A stretch of 62,618 bases of DNA, the filler included, from Sphacelaria rigidula (taxonomy: Eukaryota), in the NCBI GenBank assembly GCA_964200075.2. It is 8 parts of 8 records of this genome, joined end to end, with 100 filler letters (N's around TTAATTAATTAA, not from the genome) between each part and the next. Parts side by side here need not be neighbours in the genome. Positions count along the whole stretch, not along the records: positions 7,841 to 15,580 come from CAXNAA020013608.1; positions 15,681 to 23,420 come from CAXNAA020013609.1; positions 23,521 to 31,260 come from CAXNAA020013610.1; 5 more parts are not named here. One strand, 5' to 3'. The translations under genes and the position numbers were made by a program. Under the pieces are notes generated by a model, which worked only from the letters and a program-made list of their open reading frames with translations, had not been told where the DNA came from and did not search any database. Every line of letters begins with the position of its first letter. Position 1 is the first letter of the stretch. Below, one piece after another: positions 12,397 through 23,629 of this stretch.

Positions 12397-13018
12397 CAAG
12401 GGTCTGTCGAGATAAAAATATCGGAAGCGGAGCCCCCCCTGCCCCGCCTCCCTTCCGGAGGGCAATTTTTTTTAAATCGTCATGATTTTGTGGTTATTTT
12501 TCATTGAAATTGTTGAAATAAATTGATCAACAGACGCTGTCAAAAACCGAAAAGTCTGGCGGGCTTTGCGCGAGGTTCGTATATTTGCTTTTTCTCCTTG
12601 CCCGCCTTTTTGTCCCGATGACCTCGGCTGCCGGCAACGCTCACACATATCTACAGTATCTACAATACACGAGCACACGGTTGCGACAGCCTGTAGGCAA
12701 GGTAGCAACATTATCTCACGCCTCGTCAAATTTGCCCGGACTACTAGTGGTCGGCAGCCGAGGCACACGACACGGAACATGATCCCATGCATGTGATCGT
12801 GGTAGGTGATGAGTTTGGAGGGGCGGTGTATCCGTGATCTCAGCGGTCTCCATGCCAGTAAGGATCACTGTACACGGCAGCTGACCGCATCCGCCAACGC
12901 CTCGGCAATAGTCTAGGGGACAGTAGGCTGGGTGTCCTCCTTCCCCCTCCCCCCTCAAAAACTCGAATTTTCGATCTTGGGGCCTACGTATCCCGAAATA
13001 TATTTTGACAGACCCTTG
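12397..13018. mobile_element. Non-autonomous P-like DNA transposon (622 bp)
   Basis: TIRs CAAGGGTCTGTC...GACAGACCCTTG with longer imperfect extension; 7-bp TSD CGTTGGT (12390-12396, 13019-13025). Confidence 0.8.
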
Positions 13019-13114
13019 CGTTGGTTGATATTTGCCATTTTTTTTGCCGGCATACTCTTAATCAAACTTCACTCTCATGGCGTCTTCACCGGCTCGGAAG
13101 CCCCAACAAGTCCC

Positions 13115-13371
13115 GAGTCATGCTACGATATGGGGGGGCGGGTATTTTGGGCCGTTTTCTTCCACGAACTTCCACTTCAATCGCCGTTGAAAGCAGCCAA
13201 CAGCAACCAACAGTTGTTCGAGCGCGTGTGCTCCCGACAAATAACGCTCATTCATAATGCTTTACACCGCTTTTACGCACCACGAGTGTTTTCGGTCGTT
13301 TGACGTATATATGAGTACGTTTTTGCCGTGGGATCCCCCCCCCCCCCCCTCCCCTCATCGTAGCATGGCTC
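13115..13371. mobile_element. Sola2-like MITE, copy 1
   Basis: TIR GAGTCATGCTACGAT...ATCGTAGCATGGCTC; 4-bp TSD TCCC; interior matches 35407-35784 in reverse. Confidence 0.8.
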
Positions 13372-14385
13372 TCCCCTTGTTGATGACTCCTCTAGCGCAT
13401 CACACCTCTTTTCGAAGAACCTCCACAGCCTCCACCAGCTTCTCATCAACGCCGGGGAGCCCAAACGCTACTTCGTATAGCTAAGTGCTTGTCCTCTACT
13501 TGAGAGTACCAGCCTAGATGACGGCATACACGCGCAGTGAGGGATGCCGCGGTATCCCCCCCCTACCCCCAGCTATCTGCATTCCTCATATTAATGGAAG
13601 TGTTCGTATATAAAATCAGGCGATTCCCAGTGGTATCTATTTCGTAACGTCGATGTTGGGCATCTTACGCGCAAGAAGCGAACGAATGTAGAGGTTCAGG
13701 GCATGGTGGGATACAGGGTTAGAAGAACTCCGCAGGCGGGAGTCGAAGGCAACATGCGGCCCCGCGCCGGAGGGGGCCCGCGGAGCTAAAACTTTTTGGG
13801 TTTTCCTTTCAAAACGACGCCTAGATTTTGTCAAAATGGGGTCATTTCGACGGTATGAGCCTCGCGGCGAACCCCCCCCCCCAAACCCTCCGTCTCGAAA
13901 GGGATGCGTGGTCAATGGTCAAACGACTAAGGCAAGCAACAAATGAGTACGCCCCCCCAAACATTTTCGCCTCCGGTGAAACAAGGAGGGCCGCAGAAGG
14001 AAACGTCGCCTCCGGCGAAAAAAGTGCGTCCCATTTTTTTTCCTGCGGCAAGCCGCAGAGAGAGACTCCCAACAGCTGCGCATCGGCCATTTTTCCCTGA
14101 TAATCTGTGCCAGCGTAGGCCCGCGTGGAATTTTTTCAACCCTGGTGGGCTATATCTGATCTGCGGTTTACGGGGCGTTACTGAATACGGAGAAAGATCG
14201 ATCGGATCGGGGAAAAGGCGCGGGATTCAAATTCGACACTTGAAGCTCGGGGAACGATAGTCAGCCAGTGCGGTGAGCTGGTCATGTGGCAGTGCTACAG
14301 TGAGCGGTACTGTAGTATTGTAAGCTGGCTGTAGGGGATCGCGGACATGTACAGTGTGCCCTAACAAGAGCCAAGCCCTAAACTT

Positions 14386-14770
14386 TGTGTGTGTGTGTGT
14401 GTGTTATCATCCCATCTCCTCTGTATTCTGGACGCCAGTCTACACCTTTCGGTATACGCGGGCGCATCAGCCAGGTTCACACAGGAGGGAGGCCAACACA
14501 GGAGTTTTTTTTCGTATTTTGTTTTAGTACCCCACCTTCCTCCTGCGGTGCTTGGCTTCTTCTTTATCGCGAGAGGGGTTGAACAGGCCCTTTCCCTCAT
14601 CGACCGTAAAGTCGATTTTTGTGTATACCCACGACAAAGTCGCTCTCTACTGTCTATCGAGAGTTGTGTGAGAAAAAATGCCAGATCGTGTGACTGCACC
14701 GAGGTTCGAACCCACGACCCAACCGTCCGAAGGTTTCGAGGTTACCATCGGAGCCACCGGGGCGACCGGC
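14386..14770 (-). mobile_element. tRNA-derived SINE, full length, (CA)n tail
   Basis: Minus strand head GCCGGTCGCCCCGGTGGCTCCGATGG (A box)...GGTTCGAACC (B box); (TG)n at 14386-14403; other copies in window. Confidence 0.85.
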
Positions 14771-14936
14771 TTCGTGATGCACGTTTGTTTCGAGTTTGAG
14801 TTCACCTAGGCAAACTAGCACGGCAATGCGTACGCAGCCGGGGGCAGATCTGCCTTGCCCCCTGGACAGGGCAGGTGTGGAGGGCAGAGGTTTCAGCTTA
14901 CCCTCTTTTGACCATTATTTCTTCATTGGAGCTTTA

Positions 14937-15310
14937 GTGTGTCGTGTGCTGCCACCCCATGTATTCTGGACCTCAGTTTAAGCGTTCGGTATATGTGGAC
15001 GCATCAGCCGGGGTCACACAGGAGAGAGGCCAACACAGGAGGAGTTTTCACTTCTTTTGGTTTTGGTACTCCGCCTTCCTTCTGTGGTGCTTGACTTATT
15101 TTTTTAATCATCGCGAGAGGACTTCGGCTGTCCCTTTCACTCGTCGACCGTGAAATCGAATATTTTGTACTCACGAAATGGCCGCTCTCCACTGTTGAGT
15201 AGCGTGTGAGGAAACATTACATACGTTCAGACTGCACCGTGTTTCGTATCCTCGACACCCAACTGCCAGAACGATTCAGGGAGACTGCAAATGTACCACC
15301 CGAGGGTTGT
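14937..15310 (-). mobile_element. Second, more diverged copy of the same SINE
   Basis: Shares tattctggac, gcatcagcc, tcacacagga, ggccaacacagga, tcgaccgt, gactgcaccg blocks with 14386-14770. Confidence 0.8.
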
Positions 15311-15521
15311 CGTGGGTAATCTCAGGCTTGTCGGATCAATCAAGCCGTTGTTTAACCGTCCGTTACTTTCCAATATATAAGCACTACGCAATTCAATTGG
15401 GTACAAGTCAACGCAGTTTCATGTGCGATTACTCATCCTCTGCAAAATAAAAAGCAAGGAAAGAAAATCCGTACTTTGAGCCACCGATATTCTTTCATTT
15501 TTTCGCGTGTGGCACAGGAAA

Positions 15522-15580
15522 CAGTGTTTTCTTGAGATTGAGAGTAGATGATACGATTGAGAGTGAAAAGCGGTCAATCA
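15522..15580 (+). repeat. Terminus of a dispersed repeat family (also 24249-24290, 39047-39100, 62084-62140)
   Basis: CAGTGTTTTC.TGAGATTGAGAGTAGATGATACGATTGAGA; two contigs end inside it; CAGTGTT start resembles hAT termini. Confidence 0.7.
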
Positions 15581-16469
15581 NNNNNNNNNNNNNNNNNNNN
15601 NNNNNNNNNNNNNNNNNNNNNNNNTTAATTAATTAANNNNNNNNNNNNNNNNNNNNNNNNNNNNNNNNNNNNNNNNNNNNCTGACCAGTCAGGCCTGACT
15701 GGTCAGTAGTCTAGTTGGTTGTCTCTTAAACCGTCACAGTATCGACGACACGTGGTGTATGGCCCAACGGCCAAGGCATACCAAACACGAGGTACACCTC
15801 TCACCCCTTCTCCATCCATATCCTTGATCGACTCACCTCCCATAGGCCCTCTCCCCAAGACCACCATGCGTTGCACCCTGGATATTCTCGTTGTCATGTC
15901 CTTCACCCCCCGCTCCCCGTCTCCCGTCGCCATGTACCCCTCTATTGGGTTCGCTGATTGATTTTGTCATCGGCGGTCTCGCCCGCAATACCGAATCTCG
16001 ACGCGCATCCGGTGGCGACTGGCGTGAATATGAATAGCAGCAGCGCTACTCGTTAACGCCGCACCAGGTGTGAACGGGCATTTCACCTACATCTACCGGG
16101 GAAAGACCCTGTAACACCGTTCCGTTGACTCGTCGGATGAATCACCACATGATTACAAGCAGCTGTCCATTATCTCATCAAGTGCCAACACAAAAGGTGT
16201 CGGACACGCAGAATGGATCAAACACCTGTGAATCCATCCGTTGCCGAAGGCTTAAAACTGCCCGGTAACAACAACAGGATTCACAACATTTGAACTGTAG
16301 CTACCTTGCTGCAGCGAATAGCCCACACGATTTCTGAAGAGATTTATCGGCGTAGCCCATCGAGCGCAGTCGATGAAATCGCGTGAGAAAATGCGCATGC
16401 TGTCCACTGCACGCAGGTACTCTACACGATTCACTGAACGCCTAGTAGAATCGAAGTATCCAGCGAACT

Positions 16470-19400
16470 TTACGCAAATTTTATCGACTCAGTTTCACAT
16501 ATGTCGTGTCTTTCGCTTACATTATTTTCTGCCTCGCCCGAAGTCCCGACACCCTCTGTCCTACGCCCCTCACGTCCACGCTCCGCACGCTCCGGGGATA
16601 TTTTCTCCCCCGAAGGTTTTGATGTTCCCTGCCCCGTCCAAATATCGATGGGTTTTCTTTCCCCCCTATCCCCGACCCTCGACGCCGTCCTACCATAGCC
16701 TCTACTGGTACCGCCTCGACCCGGCAGTTGACCTTCGCTTGACCATATTCCCGGAGGAGCTGCCGGCATGGTACTGCTCCGCTGTAAGCTCCGTGACAGC
16801 GTTTGATCGCCACTGCCTCGGTTCGCACTGCTGCGGTTGTGACCCCGTCGCTGCCTACCTGGTTCGGATGTTTGCGCTGAGATTCCGCCGGAGGTCAATA
16901 TTCGTTGCGCAGCTTCCGCTGCCTCCGCCTCTCTTTGCCTGCCTGGTTTGGGTGTCTTATCTCTGTACTCAGCTCCGCCTGCTTCCGCTGAGACTCCGCC
17001 GGAGGTCAATATTCGTTGTGCAGCTTCCGCTGCCGCCGCCTCTCTCTGCTTGCCTGGTTCAGATACCTTGTCTATGTCCTCAGCTTTGCCTGCTTCCGCT
17101 GAGATGCCTCCGGAGATCAATACTCGTTGTGCGGCATCCGCTGCCGCCGCCTCCCGCTGCCTGCCTGGTTCGGACGACTTGTCTGTGTACTTAGCTTTGC
17201 CTGTTCCCGCTGAGATTCCGCCGGAGGTGGATAACCCTTTTACAGCTGCCGTTGCCGCCGCCTCTTGCTGCTTGCCTGCTTTAGATGCCTGGTCTGTGTG
17301 CTTAGCTTTGCCTGTTTTTGCTGAGATCCCACCGGGGGTCACTATTCCTTGTGCAGCTTCCGCTGCCGCCGCCTCTTGCTGCCTGCCTGCTTTAGATGCC
17401 TGGTCTGTGTGCTTAGCTTTGCCTGTTTTCGCTGAGATTCCACCGGGGGTCAATACTTCTTGTGCAGCTCCCGCTGTCGCCGCCTCTCGCTGCCTGTCTG
17501 GTTCAAATGTCTGGTCTGTGTGCTTAGCTTTGCCTGTTTTTGCTGAGATCCCACCGGGGGTCGATACTTCCTGTGCAGCTGCCGCTGCCGCCGCCTCTCC
17601 CTGCCTGCCTGCTTTAGATGCCTGGTCTGTGTGCTTAGCTTTGCCTGTTTTCGCTGAGATTCCACCGGGGGTCAATACTTCTTGTGCAGCTCCCGCTGTC
17701 GCCGCCTCTCGCTGCCTGTCTGGTTCAAATGTCTGGTCTGTGTGCTTAGCTTTGCCTGTTTTTGCTGAGATCCCACCGGGGGTCACTATTCCTTGTGCAG
17801 CTTCCGCTGCCGCCGCCTCTCCCTGCCTGCCTGCTTTAGATGCCTGGTCTGTGTGCTTAGCTTTGCCTGTTTCCGCTGAGATTCCCCCGGAGGTGAATTC
17901 TCCTTGTGCAGCTCCCGCTGCCGCCACCTCTCGCTGCCTGCCTGGTTTGGATATCTTCTCTCTGTCCTCAGCTCCGCCTGTTTCCGCTGGGATTCCACTG
18001 GAGGTCAATCTTCGTTGTGCGGCTTCCGCTGCCGCCGCCTCTCGCTTCCTGCCTGGTTTAGATGTCTTGCCTATGTCCTTAGCTCTGCCTGTTTCCGCTG
18101 AGATTCCGCCGAAGGTCACTATTCCTTCTACAGCTACCGTTGCAGCCGCCTCTTCCTGCCTGCCTGGTTCGGACGTCTTGTCTGTGTACATAGCTTTGCC
18201 TGTGTCCGCGGAGATTCCCCCAGGGTTCACTATTCCTTGTGCAGCTGCCGTTGCCGCCGCATCTCGCTGCCTGCCTGGTTTAGATGTCTGGTCTGTGTAC
18301 TCGGCTTTGCCTGTTCCCGCTGAGATTCCGCCGGAGGTCAACATTCGTTGTGCAGCTTCCGCTGCCGCCGCTTCACCCCGCCTACCTGGTTTAGATACCC
18401 CGTCTGCGTACTCATGTTTGCCTGTTTCCGCTGAGATTCCGCCGGAGGTCAATACTCCTTGTGCAGCTTCCGCTGCCGTCGCCTCTCGCTGCCTGCCTTG
18501 TTTAGATGTCTGGTCTGTGTATTTAACTCTGCCCGTTTCCGCTGAGATTCCGCCGGAGGTCAATACTCCTTGTGCAGCTTCCGCTGCCGCCACTACCGCC
18601 GCCACCGTCGCCACCGTGACAACAGCGGACGCCGGGGAGATAGTAGCAGTGCCGCCGTCAGCTGTCAAAGTTGTATCGATGGCCCCTCCACGAGTTGGTG
18701 ACGAGTTTCCCTGCGCGGTGCCTCTTTGCTGTCCGCGTTTCCATGACGCTTGATTGTCAATGCCTCGGCCTGCACTGCTGCTGTTGTTATCCAATCGCTG
18801 GCTACCTCGATCGGGTGTCTCGTCTGTGTACGCAGCTCGGCTTAGTCCCAATAGCATATCGCTGCCAGGCGATCTTCGCTGTGTAGTCGCCGCCGCCACC
18901 GCTGCCCCCGCCGTTCCCGCCTTCGCCACCTGCAAATAGGGCGGCGGAGAGGCGTCACCATTGCCACCGTCCACGATGTCACCCGCAGAATTCCTGTTGG
19001 AGACTTTCCGAGAGGTCGACGACGGGTTCTCCGGGGAGGGAGGAGCTGCTCGTGCGGTACGAGTCCGCTGTCCGCTTCCGCGTAGAGTTTGATCGCGACT
19101 GCTTTGACCCCCACTGCTAATGAAATTATCGTTTCGTTGGCTTCCTCGTTCGAATGTCTCGCCTGTGCACCCAGCTCGGCCTATATTCGCTGGGACGCCG
19201 CCGTGAGACTCTCCTTGTTGTGTAGTAGCTACTGCCGCCGCGGCTGCCGCTGCTTCCGCTCCGGCCGCTGCCCCCGCTGCCGCCGCCTCCGAATAGGGCG
19301 GTGGGAGAGAATCATCGTCCCCGCTGTCCGAGGTTTCAGCCGCTGAACTCGAGTCGGAGACCTGCCAATACATCGACGGTGAATCCTCCGGCGGTGGATG

Positions 19401-21034
19401 GTCTATTCTCGTCGCGTCACGTGACAAAGGAGGCCGTCCGTGACCCCCTCCGTTCGATAGCCTTTGTTGTTGGTCACTTTTCTCCCCTCTTGAGCTTGAA
19501 ATGCCCGCCCTCTTCATGGCGGGTAGATTCACATCATCAGCGCTATTACTTGCGACACCACCATCTCCCAGACTCGTTGGTGCAGACGGCCCACCAGCGA
19601 CCGGTTCACATTCACTTGCGCGTTGTCTCGGAGGGTCTTCTCGCGCAGTACCTCTTCGTGGCCCGCTTCCCGGCAAAGATTGGTCTCCACTCTCTCGGTC
19701 CGCGCTGCTGCAATCGTGATCCTCGTGCTGTGTGCCTGGTTTGGTAGTCTCATCTGTATTTTCAGATCGATCTCTTCCCGCTGACATGTTGCCGTCAGAC
19801 ACTCTTCGCTGTTTAGCTGCCGCTGATCCAGGCACCGCTGTCACCTCCGTCGGATAGGGTGGCGGAGGGGCCTCATCGTCGCCGCTGCCCAAGGTGTCGG
19901 TGGCTTGCGTCGGGTCGACGACCTTGCGTCCACCGTTTACGCCCGACCTGCTGCTGTTGCGGACCCCTCGCTGGCCACCTCTCTCGGCTGTCCTGCGTGT
20001 GTACCCAACTTGGTCTATTTCCGTTGAGGCGTCACCTTGAGCAGATATTCCTTGTCTTGCCATCATCATCGCCGCTTCAGCCGCGGACGGCGTCGGGGAG
20101 ACAGCATCGTCGCCGCTCTTCGTGGTTTTAATCGTTGAAGTTTGGCCCATGATGTCCGCCCAAACTGTAGGCGAGTCCGCCGGCAATTGCCTGTCTCGTC
20201 TAACTATATCACGAGTTAAAGGAGATTGTTTACGATGCAAATCGCCCGATTGTTGTCGGCAGATTTTCCCCCCTCCCGGAGTTGGAATTCCCATCCCACC
20301 CTTCGCCAATCCATGTCCTGCATCAACGTTAACGCCGTCAATTATGTTGGTGTGGTAGCCACTGCCGCCGCCGGCATCTCTGCCGCCACCATCACGGCCT
20401 CCGCTCCCATGAAGATTCCCCTTCTTTGGAGATTTCTCTTGAAAGTATGAGTCGATCCACTGTAGCTTCGCGGGTGCAACCGCGATAGGGCTGCAGTGTG
20501 GAGCTGCCACGCCGCTGCCACCCGTGCCAGACGCTAACTTCTCGTCTAAATGAATCCCCGCTTGTCTGGGCGCCGTTGCAAATTTAGCTACCGCGTGGCT
20601 TGAAACATTGCCACCTTCGAAACTGTTGCGCGTGCTCCTTTGTGCGCTTGCCTCGCTGTTGAAAATACCTCTGTCAACCTTCTGGGGGACCGGAACCGGA
20701 TAGATATTCGACGCGAAGTGTCCCAGAGTGGTCTTATCAAGCGTGCCAAGTGCAAGATCACGATGCGAGTTGCCGTTTTTTCGCACAGGACTCCGACCGC
20801 TCGGAAGCAGTTCGTCGTCGTCATCCTCGCTACTACTCTGCCTCGAGTCCCCTGTCATCCACGGTCTCCAGTATGTTTGACCTCTGTCATAGCTAGTCCC
20901 ATTGCTGCTCAAAAGGAGTGCACCTTCACTAGCGCTTCTGCGACGCAGCGCAGGAGACGGACCTTCGACACGTGTGATTTGCCGCTCGCTTCTGGATGCT
21001 CTGACATCTCCACCTCCACCTTTGCAATCCCCCC
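16470..21034 (-). CDS. Very large (~4.5 kb) exon of a low-complexity tandem-repeat protein of unknown function
   Basis: 1538-codon stop-free ORF; acceptor AG at 21036-21035 in phase with upstream exon; 3' end either stop at 16470 or donor GTAAGC at 16520. Confidence 0.8.
16860..18590 (-). repeat. Coding tandem repeat, 111 bp / 37 aa, ~15.5 units
   Basis: Unit GGISAKTGKAKHTDQASKAGRQGEAAAAEAAQGIVTP; period measured 17283 to 17394. Confidence 0.95.
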
Positions 21035-21308
21035 CTATTTTTCCAGGAATAACGATAAAAAAAACACTGTTCAGTGATAGCCTCATGACATGTTCAAAAC
21101 GGTAGGCGGTGTCTGATCACGGATATCATTTGCAAGGCTCTGGAAACAGCTTTACACAATCCTGTAGCTCTGCTGTAGCGACCCAGTTTCTCTCACCACC
21201 ATCTCGTGAGCCGCGAGCTATGTCAGGCATGGGCGACAGCATTTTTGGTCAACACATAAAAAAAAAAAACATCGCAAGCTCTGAAAGACAGTGAGCATGT
21301 AACGTTAC

Positions 21309-21561
21309 CTCCGTTGTGAAGTCGCGTTTGCTGCCCCTCCCCCCCTGCAAAAAGTGGTATACGGGATTCACGCGATGACATCGGCCGATGCGCAGGAGTG
21401 TAATGGTCATCGTCATCCACGTGCGCGCTCCCCATGCTCCCCGTACGCAACAATCGGCCGCCAGCGTGGACGTTTGGCCTGGATTTACCAGCCTTGACAG
21501 TACTTGAATAGTTGCTGCTGAGAGTGCTCGGTATTGAGAGCTGCTGCTCACCGGCACGTAC
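21309..21561 (-). CDS. Upstream coding exon of the repeat-protein gene
   Basis: TTAG| acceptor, open frame VRAGEQQ...HVDDDDHY...RLHNG, donor AG|GTAACG; phase 1 matches next exon (274-nt intron). Confidence 0.65.
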
Positions 21562-21729
21562 CTAAGTTGTTCAGAAATATACAGCGGGCGGAGATTTGGG
21601 GTTCCAATCGCCCCCAAGAAATATACAACATGTGCCCCTTCCGCTCCAGGAAAGCTATCAATCTTCCACACCCTGGACAATACAACATGTTTTCAAAATA
21701 TATGAGTCGATTATATTGGAATTTTGGTA

Positions 21730-22866
21730 CAGGTTGGTTCACGCTTATCACCTAAAATTGTGTCATCAGTAAATGTCTTTCGCAATACCTACCCAATAGT
21801 CGCATGCATGATGTCATACTGACCGCCATGGACAGCTGAAGAGCGTGACATTGTATTGATGCTCCAAATGGCAAAATTGTATTCTTGGCAATATTTCATG
21901 GTTTCTCCGTTCTCTACCGGCTTCCGGGGGTCCCCTAGGAAGACCCCGGGAAGCCGGTGTATAATGTTCCTAGAGAAAAAGATAAAATGATGCGTCACGG
22001 GATAGTCCAAGAAACACATGTACAAAGTTTGGTGGAGAAAATCGAAAAAATCATACAGTTTTTCTTGCCTTGACGTGAAATTCACCGATGAAGACGTTTT
22101 CATACCAAACCAAGCAGTTAGGAGTTGCACGTTTCGAGCCCACGTCCTCCACACACGCGCAAATCTTCACGCCGTTATTAGAGTGAGACCCCGAAACTTT
22201 GCGCAAGTATGCTATGTGTCATTACGCAACCTTCTATGGACGAGGTGTTCTTCTTGAGTTTTTCGCCGTTTTTCGGGGATCCGACGGGATCCACGTCGTT
22301 TTCTCGAAGTAGTCTCCATTCTCGGAACCCGGAAAAGCGGCACTACGATTTGTTTTCCATTTTTTCGGGAACGAGCCGTCGCCGCATAACCCAAGGGAGA
22401 GCCCCACAAAATTTCGTCGCAAAACTCGATCAACTGATGCTTGCATTTTCATGTTCACGTCGAAGAAGGCCCAAAAACGCCGTTTTTGTACTAAAATCAA
22501 GTAGTTTGCGGTTTCACCGCGGCACGATCGCACAAGAGCGAAAAACCCCACGCCGTTTTAAGGAGTTAGACCCTGAAATTTTGCACAACTATGCTATGGT
22601 TCATTGCACAACTTTGGATGACCGAGGGTTTTTTAGTTTGTTTTTCTTTACCGTTTTACGGGGGCCCGATTAGATCAATGTTTCCCTGAAAACACGGGGA
22701 CCCCCCGAAAAACGGTGAAAAAAGTGAAAGGTCGAAAAACCTCGACCTTCGAGAATTGGGTAATGGCCCATAGAACATATGTTCAAAATTTCAGGGCCTA
22801 ACTCCTTTGAACGGCGTGAGGTTTTGCCGATTAGTGTTTTTTGGGTGGTAAGCCTGAACCAACCTG
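21730..22866. mobile_element. Non-autonomous Tc1/mariner-type element (1137 bp)
   Basis: ~28-bp TIRs CAGGTTGGTTCA(C/G)GCTTA(T/C)CACC(T/C)AAAA flanked by TA on both sides; internal ~130-bp repeats at ~22160-22285, ~22540-22670 and inverted ~22695-22828. Confidence 0.88.
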
Positions 22867-23520
22867 TATATATTGCCGTTGTAATGTATATATATATATA
22901 TACATATGTTGGTACCCTTGGACTGCACACGTATTGCGCGCCCAATATATAGTGGTACCGTGGGGTTGAACAAATATTGTCCCATCTATATACATTGGGG
23001 CAGTGTGGACGACCGCATATTGCACGACGAACATATATTAGGGTCGCATTGGTGAGAACATATTGACCGATTAATATATATATATATATATTGAGTCCGC
23101 GTGAGTGCCAATGTATTGGCTGGTCAATTTATGTTGGATATTATAAGCATGGTGTACGCTTTGAGAAAGATCCAGACGCGATGGATGCCGGAGCCCGTGC
23201 AGATTGGGAAAAGCTTCAAATGGAGCCGCAGAACTTAGAGTGCATTGCTACGGAGGGGTCAAATACGTGTGTTATGTGTGCACATATATATATATATATA
23301 TATTGGTAAAAAAATATGGTGACAAAAGAGGCGACCCGGTATATAGAGGGAAACGTACCAATTATGATACGATCAAGGTACCTGGCGGGAAAAACTCTAT
23401 ATCTTGGGACCCATGGCACGNNNNNNNNNNNNNNNNNNNNNNNNNNNNNNNNNNNNNNNNNNNNTTAATTAATTAANNNNNNNNNNNNNNNNNNNNNNNN
23501 NNNNNNNNNNNNNNNNNNNN

Positions 23521-23629
23521 CATGGGGATTCATTCATCACGAGTCAACTTGTTATACTAAAACCAAGTAATTTCCTGACGAATCATCATTTGTCCTAACC
23601 TTGGAAATTTTTCTTTCGGCAGACCCTTG
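23521..23629. mobile_element. End of a P-like element (related sequence at ~52944-53030)
   Basis: Ends CAGACCCTTG like 12397-13018; shares tcacgagtc..atactaaaaccaagtaatt..gacgaatcat with 52944-53030. Confidence 0.55.

Noticed and set aside
16860-18590. CRISPR-like array
   Set aside because: Contiguous in-frame coding repeats with no unique spacers; eukaryotic context
16948-18753. 601-aa plus-strand ORF with Cys/Ala-rich repeats
   Set aside because: Antisense shadow of the 111-bp coding repeat; nearly confined to the array
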